Shown here: piece after piece, positions 49,131 to 60,335 of the stretch
Layout: each line of letters begins with the position of its first letter
How positions within the stretch are numbered: the stretch's first letter is position 1
Assembly (NCBI GenBank): GCA_964016885.1
Contig: OZ024741.1
Location: 202,306,001-202,370,000 of the forward strand
From: Eledone cirrhosa
Lineage: Eukaryota
Direction: 5' to 3'
DNA: 64,000 nucleotides
Translations under genes and position numbers: made by a program
Notes under the pieces: generated by a model
Database searches by the model: none
Seen by the model: only the letters and a program-made list of their open reading frames with translations
Told to the model about the DNA's origin: nothing

Positions 49131-49301
49131 TGTTGTGCGTTCTAATATTGCAAAACTAAAGCTCCAATTCCAAGCTTTTATTCAATATCTAGAATATAAA
49201 AACAGTAATTAGTCTTGAAGAAATATAACAATAATATTTGTAAGAAAAGAAAGATATGCAATAAAACAAAGTTATATTGAGGATAGATGAACTTCATAAC
49301 A
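49131..49301 (-). repeat. 5' LTR
   Basis: Direct repeat of 45356-45526; contains AATAAA on the minus strand. Confidence 0.97.
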
Positions 49302-50446
49302 AGGATCAAATAAGATCAGGAAGAATAAAAGGGTTTAAAAATAGTGGATATTAACAGTAGGTAATGAGTCATAGTGTATGTACTATGTATACTGCTTACA
49401 CACAAGTACACTCAAGTATACTGGGAAGTTTTAGAAGGTTTTACATAAAAATTCATGAATAAACGAATCAGTTATTATTTTAATGAAAGGAATTGGGTGA
49501 GGAAAAAATTTAGAGAGCAAATAAATTAGTAGGTGGAAAGAGTTGGGTAAAGTATGCACACACAGGGACAATCGTTGCTCGTTTGTTCAGACGTTTCAGA
49601 CGTTCAATCATCTGGCAGGAAGGTATACGTTGCTGACGATAGCTAATAAGCTTGAAACTAGTACAGCGTTCCTTTGTCAGGGTTGAACAAATGAGCAACG
49701 ATGGTTGCTAGACACTGTACGGCTTAATTCAGGATGTTTGTTTACAAACACACCAAGCATTATAATAAATGTTCGGTGAATCCATACGTACATATATATA
49801 TGTGTGCATGTATGTATATATATATACATACTACTGTACGTCTGTATACATATATATATGTATGTATACATACTTATATTTAAGTAACAGCCGTACTAAG
49901 AGTGAGAAATGAAATTTCGTTTCATTTTTTCCGTTTATATGTATATATATATATGTGAGAGAAAGAGAGAATAGGTGCAGGCATGGTTTTGTATCATTGG
50001 GGAAACACAAAACACTGCTTTCTTTTTTCTAAGTGACTCACTTAACAGGATGTAGTACAGTCCATTGGTTGGATGGTATAAAGGACAATCAAAATGCAAT
50101 ATGAGTTGTACATTTGTACATCCTAAAGTGACATGTACATCCATAGGTCACATTTAAAACAGGGTGTGTAATTAATCACTGTCTGATTCATATTCCATTT
50201 AATAACCACATGGTTCTGAGTTTGATCCTGATTCAGAGGGCCTTTGCAATTTTCTAATATGGTGGCCTCGATTTTACAAATTTTGTACTCAGAAACTGCT
50301 TGTATGTCTGTTTGTGTGTATAGTGTGTATAGTGGTGGTGGTGAGAGATTATTGATAATGGGTGCATTGAACAAAAATACTTTGTTGTATATATATATAA
50401 AATATAGGAGCACAATAGATTCTCTCTTTCTGTATGTATGTGTACG

Positions 50447-50486
<40 letters not shown>

Positions 50487-51536
50487 ATCATGCCTTTATT
50501 TTTAAATTTTCTCATTCCTTGTATTTTGATCATGCTTTATTTTTATTTTTTATCCTTATTTGTTTTTTTTCATTCGCACCGTTTCCTTTCGCTATATGTC
50601 TCTCCACCACTCCCCTACACACCTTTTGAACTCTGTTCCCACACACTTCTCACCTGAGGAAGGGCTTATGCCCGAAACGTCGTCCCGCACCTACCCCCCA
50701 CTCTCCTGAGTGTGAAATTAATAAACATTTATTGTACTGCCTCTCTGTTTTGTCCCTGTTCAAATTTTTCCATTATATATATATATATATAATATATATA
50801 TATATATATAATATATATATATATATCCAAAGAGTGTAATGTGAAGTTACTGTAAGTTCACCCAGGTGAGCAATCGATGTTTAGGTTCATGTCTGTAGCG
50901 AGGTGTAAAGCTAGACAGAGTGTAATATAATAATACAAGGACAATTTGTTATGCCTTCATTACGTTTATTGATTGGTGACGCGCGTTTCACTATTGATCA
51001 GCTCAAGGTTCGATCTGGCCCGACTCTGGAATCAAAAGCCTGTCGGACCTCTGCTGTTGTAATGACAGAATGAACATATAAAGCATAGAAATGTCTGTAA
51101 CGTTTTGCGTTGGTATGGTGGTCAGTTTATGTTGTTTTGATTGGTGGTGTAGCTATGAGGAATGTTTTGGCATGTGTGATAGGTAGGGGGATGAACATAG
51201 TGATGAGGTGATGGTGGGGAGTGATGGTTGCTGTGAGTTGCAGGGGTATGGTGTTTTGGCTTGTCACAGACATTTCACCATGTACGTGGTGAGGCGGAGG
51301 TGCTGTGTGTGGTGTATATGTGGTAGGGCTGTGCATAATGGGAGATGAAAGTGTGCGATGCTGTAGTAGAGGTGGGGTGGAGTGGGGTTCTGCTGGTCAT
51401 CAGTTTGTCACAGAAGAGGGAGTGGAAAGGAAGGAGAGGAGACAAGGGAGGTAGGTTATACTAGGTTGGGGTGGGGCTTATTTGTAAGCTGTTTAGACAT
51501 CATTAAAGGGGATTTGCGCTATGAAGAATTAATGAA

Positions 51537-51717
51537 ATAATTGTTTCTACTTTAGGCACAAGGCCAGCAAATTACTCAGTGCATTACTGGTACTTTATTT
51601 TATCGACCCCGTAAGGATGAAAGGCAAAGTCAACCTCGGCGGAATTTGAACTCAGATCGTAAAGGGACGTAACAATGCTGGAAAGCATGGCGTCCGACCC
51701 TCTACCGATACTGCCAA
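51537..51717 (-). mobile_element. tRNA-derived SINE
   Basis: Reverse complement of 35230-35421. Confidence 0.9.
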
Positions 51718-52119
51718 ATGAATTATGGTATGAGGTTAGTGTTTGAAAAGCCTATAAAAAAATTTTTGAAAAGGTTGCCAAAAAAACTGTGGGTAAAAGC
51801 AAGATAACATACCGGTGCAGTGTGTACTGTGTGAAAAGAATATAAAAAGGAATATAAATATACATGTGTACACACACACCCAGAGACACACGCGCATGCA
51901 TGCACATACACACATGGATTAATGTAAATATATATACATGCATGCATCACCCCACACGCGCACACACAGAAAATACACGGAGCCATATGGACATACATTA
52001 CTAGATATATTTACTCGTGGAATACATATTATATAAATTATACATAGCTTGGACACACCGTCATGGGCACGCATCATACATATGTCTGTGTCTCTGCATG
52101 TGTACACACCAACAAGATA

Positions 52120-52390
52120 TGTGTGCTCAAAAGAAAGAGGCATGGAACACATACTATGAGAGACTGTTGAACAAGGAAAATAAATGGGACAGTGAGGGCT
52201 TACCTACAGAGGGATCAGCCAGAAAAGTTGACAGTAGTATAATAGATAGAGCAATTAAGGACATGAACGTAGGGAAAGCAGCTGAACCATCTGGTATAAT
52301 TGTCGAGATGTTAAAAGCATCTGGCATGGTAGGATATGAGCAAGTCAGACACATATTGAACCAAGTAGTACAGGATGGTGTCATCTCCAA
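52120..52390 (+). mobile_element. RTE LINE internal fragment
   Basis: KKEAWNTYYERLLN..GKAAEPSGIIVEMLKASG. Confidence 0.85.
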
Positions 52391-52960
52391 TTAGCAGATC
52401 CACTGATCAACCAGATTTGCATATCAGCGGATAAGCCATTCTACTGACATGGCTTAAAAGAGGCTGTTTGCTTAATTGCAAACAAATAAAATATTATTAT
52501 TAATTTTCGAAAAACTCAGATTACATTTATTGTATTGAGCCATGTAGAGCGATAATTATTTGTTAGTTATTTGAATATGGCAAAGCCGGCCATTAATCAC
52601 TTGTATACATGAAACTATCTCCTGATATGCAAATCTGGCTGATCAGTGGATCTGCTAATATACAGATCTGACTGATCTGCCAGTTTGCTAATATGCAAAT
52701 CAGGCCAATAAGTCACTGTATATTTCAGAAAATATCATATATTTTCACTAGCTCTGACAGTTTGCAGGTGAGCAGTAAACTGCACTGATGAAGGGTAATC
52801 ACCCAGAAACATTGGTATCTGCAGTTCTGCTTACATGCCAACACAAGAGCAAGAATGAGGGTATCATTCTACTGACATGCCTTAAAAGAGGCTGTTTGCA
52901 TAATTGTAAATGAATCGAATATTATTATTAATATTCCAAAAACTCAGGTTACATTTATAT
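52390..52960 (+). mobile_element. Non-coding PLE-type terminal-repeat structure with degenerate hammerhead
   Basis: Direct repeat about 52437-52530 / 52865-52958; inverted repeat 52390-52428 / 52622-52660; HHR motif 52768-52834. Confidence 0.65.
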
Positions 52961-52982
52961 ATATATATATATATATATTTAC

Positions 52983-53013
<31 letters not shown>

Positions 53014-53680
53014 CAACCAAAATTAGATTAACGATGCCATGTCTGAGAATATCAGAAGCATGCTCCATATCACCTGTGGAATAAGCTCAAAGATTCCAAG
53101 TAATAAATCCGAGCATTTATTAACATGAAATTAAGATAAAAATCAAGTGACATATATATAAAATAAACACATCAAACAATTACAGGGGATAATTTGTATA
53201 TATATCATCATCATCATCATCTACGTCCGCTTTTCCCTGCTTGCAAGGGTGGGGCGGGAACTGATATATATATATATATATATATAACAATTAAGTTAAA
53301 AATGTACATCCACATATGTATACTGAAATACTAGTATGCATATGAATACACACACGTATACATATGTAGATGTACCGAGTTTTTCACTGGTCACTTTACT
53401 GTGAGTGTCCAGCTATTCTGTATGTAAACACACAGACAAACCGGTTTTTAGAGTCATACTGGTTTTTGAGGAAACACCTTTCCTCTATTCTCCAGAAAGC
53501 CAGACAAGGAATATTGAACTAGTTTCGATGTTGTTACATCTCATCAGCAATATTTACCTATCTTCCGGCCTTTCTAGAGAATCGTAAAAGCACATATCGT
53601 TATATGCTTTTTCTATGAAAATTAGTAGTGGGCAGACTAATTTGCATAGAGCGTGAGTACGTACCGGTTCAACGGAGACG

Positions 53681-53818
53681 ATAAAAACAAATAACGAAAC
53701 GAAATTAAATTTCGTTTCGTTTGTAACTCACTTTTGTATTAATTGTTTAAGCGTCAGTCATACAAAAGTGAGTTACAAACGAAACGAAATTTAATTTCGT
53801 TTCGTTATTTGTTTTTAT
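53681..53818. repeat. Inverted repeat, about 59-bp arms, 20-nt spacer
   Basis: ataaaaacaaataacgaaacgaaattaaatttcg...cacttttgtat / atacaaaagtg...cgttatttgtttttat. Confidence 0.92.
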
Positions 53819-53835
53819 ATATATATATAAGTCAA

Positions 53836-54203
53836 TGACACACGACCGTGACTTCTGGCGTCACGCAGTAATACAGGGTACCCGACCTCCCATGGGTACA
53901 TGCTGAAGCATATAAACAATATGCCCCCCCCCCCCCCCCCCCCCCACCGCAAGGTGGCCGTGGAGGTGCCACGGCAAAAAAGCACCCAGCCCACACTGTA
54001 AAGTGGACGTGTAGGCGCCACGAAAAAGCACCCAGCACTCACTGTAAATGAGGTTGGTGTTAGGAAGGGCATCCAGCTGTAGAAATCAAGCCAGATCAGT
54101 TCCTGTATGAGCAAGGCATGGTCAGCCGACCAGACACTGCCCACAACAGGACAACCCGTCTAACCCATGCTAGCGTGGAAGAACGGACGTAAAACGGTGA
54201 TGA

Positions 54204-54206
<3 letters not shown>
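53836..54206 (+). mobile_element. RTE LINE 3' end
   Basis: Matches 4930-5300; (GAT)n tail. Confidence 0.9.
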
Positions 54207-54242
<36 letters not shown>

Positions 54243-54273
<31 letters not shown>

Positions 54274-56020
54274 TTTACGTCCGCTTTTCCCTGCTTGCAA
54301 GGGTGGGACGGGTCTTATTCAGCACAGCATCTCTCCACTCGTCACGGTCCCTCGTCATCTCCACTGTGAGCTTCAATGATCTGAGGTCTGTTCTCACCAC
54401 CTCCGCCCATGTTTTTCGTGGTCTACCTCTACCACGTCTTCCTTCAACTAGCAATTCCTGGCACTTCTTCACCCATCGGTCATCCTCCATGCGCATCACA
54501 TGTCCATACCACCTCAGTCTCCTCTCCCGTACACTACATTCTATCCCTCTCAGACACAGTTTCTCTCTCAACACATTTATGCTGGGTCGTTCACGCACAT
54601 TTACACTGCACATCCAACGGAGCATGCTTGCCTCATTTCTCTCCAGCCGTCACATATCCTCTGCAGTTGCTGCCCATGTCTCACTACCATGCAGCATCGC
54701 GCTCCTCACACAGGCATCATACAACCGGCCTTTCGTACGCAGGGAGAAACCCTTCTTCGTCAACAGAGGAAGCAGCTCCCTAAACTTCTTCCAACCCATC
54801 CTTATTCTAGATACTATGGCCTCGGAACACCCTCCTCCCATGCTAATCTGATCTCCTAGGTACCGGAAGCTATCCACCACTTCTATAGCGCCCTCTTGCA
54901 TTTGAAAAATGTGTCTATCAGTGCGACTTCTACTGTCTAATTTCCCTGTACATCTACTGCATACATATTTCTCCCTACCTGTTAGTTTGCCTGCTATCCC
55001 GCTACATCTCTTGTGTACTCAGGATCTACATTGTGTGCATTTTATAGAATTTATGCCAGTTCCTTTTCTGCATATCGAACATGGCCATTTATTTGACGGA
55101 ATCAGGGTTTGTCCTCTTTTCTACTCATCAACACTTTTGTCTTAGCTAGATTCACTCTCAGTCCTCTTGCTTCCAACTGCTGTTTCCATAGCCAGAATTT
55201 ATTCTCTAGCTCCTCTACTGATTCTGCTATAAGAACCAGATCGTCAGCATAGAGAAGTTCCCATGGACAGCCAGTCTTAAACTCCTCTGTTATGGCTTGG
55301 AGGACTATAATGAACAAGAGCGGGCTGAGGACCGAACCCTGATGTACTCCTACTTGTATCTGGAATTCCTCACTAAACTCCATTCCTACCCTGACTTTAC
55401 TGAGAGTACCTCTGTACAAAGTTTGCACTGTCCTCACAAGCCATTCCTCAACACCTAGCTTCCTTAGGGACCACCAGATGACAGATCGGGGTACCCTATC
55501 AAAGGCCTTCTCTAGGTCAACAAAGGCTAAGTATAGTGGCTTATTCTTCTCTAAGAACCTCTCTTGCAATTGTCTCACCAAGAAGAGGGCATCTGTTGTA
55601 CTCTTCCCAGGCACAAAACCAAACTGCATCTCATCTAGTTTGACCCTTTCTCTAATTAGTTGTGCTAAAATCCTTTCTGCCACTTTCATAACCTGATCTA
55701 TCAGTTTTATACCCCTATAATTGCTCCTCTCCAAAGCATCCCCTTTACCTTTGTAGCAATTTATGAGAATACTGCTGCACCAGTCTTTGGGTATGACACC
55801 ACCATATATAGCCTGATTGATGATGCGTGCAACCAGTTTAGTGCCTACATCCCCTGATGCCCTCAGCATCTCAGCAACTATTCCCGATGGTCCGGCAGCC
55901 TTACCATTTTTCATTTCCCTAATCGCCTCTTGGACCCTATATTCGTCAATCTCAATAGCTGGTCCCTCTGTCGGATCCACCAAGGGTAATTTCTCTCTCT
56001 CCCATTCGTTCTCCACATTT
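54243..56020 (-). mobile_element. RTE LINE, 5'-truncated, well-preserved RT
   Basis: ORF 55102-56016: NYRGIKL, QFGF, FVDLEKAFDRV, GVHQGSVLSPLLF, LLYADDLVL; then FRYLG, LHGSETW, GRPRKTW; short UTR and (GAT)n. Confidence 0.95.
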
Positions 56021-57029
56021 ATCAGTCTCTCTCTCTCTATATATATATATAAATATATATATATATGTATGTATATATCATATAATCTTCATTGTAGATA
56101 AATGGTGAGTCTTGTTACTCTGGAGATTTGCCTGGGTACTCACTGGGTCATCAGACAAGAACTATAAATAAACAATCAGACAGACAGTTAGATAGATAGA
56201 TAGAAAGATAGATAAAGAGATAGACTGACAGACAAATAGATACAAATAGTCATATACATTCAATTTTCCTCTACTAAAATGCACTCACATAACAAAATTT
56301 GGACTGACTGTTTCCTTTTTGTGCCAGATGCTGTTGACTCCTCTGGTGTCCTCAGTCCCTGAACTGCTGTTTTCTTATGCAATATCGAAAGTGGTCTCTA
56401 CAGCAATGCCTTGGCCATTTTGTCTGCCTAGACTGGGCTGCAATGTCTGCTGCGGCCTTCTTTTACTTTCACTTTTCAATTTTTTTATTTTTTTATCTTT
56501 CTTTTTCTTTTATTTAGTAGTCTCTTTATTGTTTTTCATGTTTGTTATTTACTTTTCACTTCTCATTTTTTTTAGCAACATAATCTTGATTGTGATTTCT
56601 ATAACAGTTGTAAGTAGAACTCTTCTTCTGGTATTCTCTTTGTTTTTTTATTTATTTTCCTTAACAAAAATGCAAATCTAATGTCTTAAACTTTTCATTA
56701 CAATGCTTCTAAAGAAAGACACAGCCTATAAGTTTAAAATTATTTTGAAAATAATCAAGAATTTGGAAGGATTTAGTAATATAACTAACTTTTTCATTAT
56801 TAAGCTGGTGTTTGGAATATAACTTAGCAATGGGTCTTACATAAAATTATGATGGAAGGTATTTAGATAAATATAAACATTTTAAAGCAAACAGCTTGAT
56901 ATAGAACTAGAGGTGGTTTCAGGCAGTTTGGTATCGAAAAGGTTACATCATTTAACAATAACCTTATATATAAATATATCTGTGCATTCTTACTTAGATA
57001 TGTATACACACACATAGACATAACCTGTA

Positions 57030-57213
57030 AGGTGGTAGTGCCGGAGGCATGATAAAATGCTCCCAGTACATGCTGTAAAGTGGTTGGCATTAGGAAGGGC
57101 ATCCAACTGTAGAAACCAAACCAGAAGCTGAACCTGCGACCAGTCTAGTCTCAGTACATAACAATCCATCTAACCCATACAATCATGGAAAATAGACATT
57201 AAATGGTGATGAT
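57030..57213 (+). mobile_element. Old RTE-tail repeat/SINE
   Basis: gtggttggcattaggaagggcatcca...aacccat...gacattaaatggtgatgat. Confidence 0.7.
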
Positions 57214-58071
57214 TTGTTGATGGTTATATGGGATTGTTGTTTAGCTCCAGGTCAGTATTGATTAAACAGATCTATGATCAAAGATGTTCAAGCCTTGACC
57301 ATGTAATTTTTTTTTTTTTTTTTTTGTGTGCCCAGGACTACATTGTTCAATATTTCCTTCATACTTTTCAGATCTGAGAGAGATTTGGTTGCTATTTCTA
57401 CTAAATGGAGTGACTTCATAGAGGCTTCCTTCGTTAGTCTTTACATATGTAAATGTACCACACAACAGTGATAAATTCAGTCTAAGTCTACAACGAAAGT
57501 TCAATATCCCTCATAACTCATGCTTCTACTTGTGATTTTTAAGCCAATGACAGAGCCTCTATGGGGTTGCTCACCCTGCTAGAAATAGCTGTCAAATCTT
57601 CTACAAATCAGATCTTGCTGTCCTAAAAAAGACATGTTTGATAATGTAATCCAAAAAACATTATATCTGGAAGAAAGACTAAATGGTTATGGCTGAAACA
57701 TTTGTTGAATTCAGGCTATTCTGGAGATAAACAGCAGTAATAATCTGAGATGTTCTGCCGTAGTCAACAGTATGCAGTAAAATTGATCTTTTAAATTCTT
57801 TTGATACCAACCTGCCTAAAACCACCCACTATAAAGGGTTCCTATTTAAATTAAATCTTCTAACATACTTTTATATAAAATCCTTTTGTTAAGTTGTGTT
57901 ACAAGTACCCTCTTAATAATGAAATAATGAATAATTTTAATGAATCTCTCCAAGTCCTTCATTAATTAATTCAAACAGTATATTTCATAAGAAATCTGGT
58001 TATGAAAGAGTTAAGAGAAGATATTTAAAAATTTATATTTTTCTCTGTAATAAAGCTTTGCAAACTTTTCA

Positions 58072-59330
58072 CACTTCTTCTCTTCTTCGCCTACTTATTC
58101 CTGAGAGGGTCATGGGGGCAGAGTCCTCAACCACTCCTTCCAGCGGGTCCTGTCAGAAGCAACCGTCTCCAATTGATCCGGCTGGATCCACAAGCGAGAC
58201 CAGCCAAGCTCATATGTTATCCAACCATCTTGCTCGGGGTCCACCCTTAGGTCTCCTACCAGTTGTATCGGAGCTGTGATCTCCCAATTCAGAGAAGTAG
58301 CGGTTCTACATGGAGTGATTCTCTGATCTTCGAGCTACGCACTTTATCGAGTAACATGACTCCAAAGGCCATTCAGAGGAATCTCATTTCGGTCGCTTGT
58401 ATTCGCAATCGTATTCTTTTGGTTATTACCCAAGATTTATGACCATAAGTAAGGATTGGCACTAAAACCGAATTGCAGACAGCGAGTTTGGCTTTTACAC
58501 CTACCTCCCTTCTTCTGATTACTGAATGCTGGAGCTGGTGCATTACTACACCAGCTTTTGCAATTCTTGTACTTAATTCAGCCTCCTGCCTTCCATCACC
58601 CGTGAACACGGCCCTGAGATACTAGAACTTCTCTACCCGCTTCAGTGGAACTCCATTTACATGTAGTGTGTACTATGCAGGTTTCGTTGAGAGGACGAGT
58701 GCCTCAGTTTTCGCAGCACTGATTTTCATTCCAGCCATGCTGTACTCAGCATCAAACCTATCAGGTGCAAGTCAGAGATCACCTTCTGTCGAGTTAAGTA
58801 ACACTATGTTTTCTGCAAATTCCAGCCAACTGATTTTACACCCGCCAGTCATGATACTACTTTCAACCCGGCTGCGCATGTCAATCCTGTTCATGTAAAT
58901 AATGAACAGAAGAGGTGACAGTACGCACCCTTGGTGAAATCCAGCTCCCACATTGAATGGTTTCTATTCGAACACAAATATTCGGGCACTTGTATAGTGT
59001 CTTCAGGGCAGCAAGAAGCTGACCCTTGATCCCATACTCCTTCACAGCCTTCCACAGCAGGTCCCAATGCAGTAGTATGCCTTCTCAAGGTCAAGAAAAC
59101 AAGAATATACATCTTGGCAATACTCCCACGATTTCTCGAATACCTGCTGAAGTGTGAATATTTGGTTAGCTGTGCTGTGTCTGGGGCAAAAACCACACTG
59201 TTCATCAGCCAGCTTGGACTCGACAATCTCCATGCATCTCTTTGCCAGACACTTAGCATAGACTTTACTGGGGAGGCTTAACAAGGAGATCCCTCTGTAA
59301 TTGGAACAATTTCTCTTTTCTCCCTTTTTA
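58072..59330 (-). mobile_element. Second RTE family (Expander/Rex3-like), degenerate RT 3' part
   Basis: NYRGISLLSLPSKVY, EQCGF, FLDLEKAY, FKYLG-like, VLVPILTYG..SW; (AAG)-rich tail. Confidence 0.85.
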
Positions 59331-59667
59331 CACTTATAAGAAAATATAAGCAGATATATAAAATAAACTGCTTGATTGTGTTGACTTGGATAAAAATATG
59401 AAGGGCTTAGCCCTTTCTTCCAGACGAAACTAATGGCAAAGATCTAAAATAAAATATATGGTTTTATTATTTCAGCTTTTTGCTACCAATCTGAAAATGA
59501 CTTATTAAACCATACAGATGAAAAGCTTGCGAGGCAAACACACTTACAGACAAAGATGTTTGACAATGGGAACATCACATTTACTTGGAATGTGGAACCT
59601 ACATGTACATATACTTTTATTTTTGTATTAGTACTCATTTTTAATGTTGTTATCATATGAAATGAAA

Positions 59668-60335
59668 TTAAAATTATTGTGTACAGTGCTCAGGTGCACT
59701 ACAACTCATCAAAGGTGCATGTATAATACGTAGAATAATGTACAAATGTCAGAAAAGTGATCAGTGTGTAAGTCATGATACACACACACACACACACACA
59801 AACACATACACACACACGCATGCATATGTGTGTGTATGGAGGGGGAATATCAGGTGTAATGTTATTGAATTTCAAGAAGCATGGACGTTTTGAAGGATGC
59901 AGTGTCCCGACAGCTAACAACTGATGCAGGTAGTTTGTTCCATGCTTCAGCAACTCTGAGTGTGAAAAAATGTTTATGAAACTCATGGGAGCTGTACTGT
60001 TTTCTGATTTTGTAAGCATGTCTACAGGTGTTAGACATATGGAATTCAAAAAAGTGTCCAGGGTTGTTGTTGGAAAGATGGTTAATAATATTGTGGGTGT
60101 CTACCAAGTCAGTTGCCAGATGTCGGAGTTTCATCATATCCATGCCCAGGGAAGCAAGGCGTTTAGAGTATAGTAGATACCTGGTTGAGGGTATTCATAG
60201 GAGTTCCAGACTGGCAGTGCAAATTATAAGTGTGGACATACCGTAGCTATATACAGCTTTAAATAAATAGCTGGAGAGTGGCTGACAAAAGTCTTACTGA
60301 GTGATGCTAAGACACCTTTGGCCTTCTTGACAAAA
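59668..60335 (-). mobile_element. CR1-like LINE 3' fragment
   Basis: LRHLATDL...HAYKIRK...HFFTLRVAEAWNKLP. Confidence 0.8.

Larger units (their letters stand above)
45356..49301 (-). mobile_element. Full-length Ty3/Gypsy LTR retrotransposon (Mag-like), coding region disrupted
   Basis: LTRs 45356-45526 and 49131-49301 (TG..CA, 171 bp, one mismatch); 5-bp target duplication AGGAT at 45351-45355 and 49302-49306; domain order gag-PR-RT-RH-IN. Confidence 0.97.
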
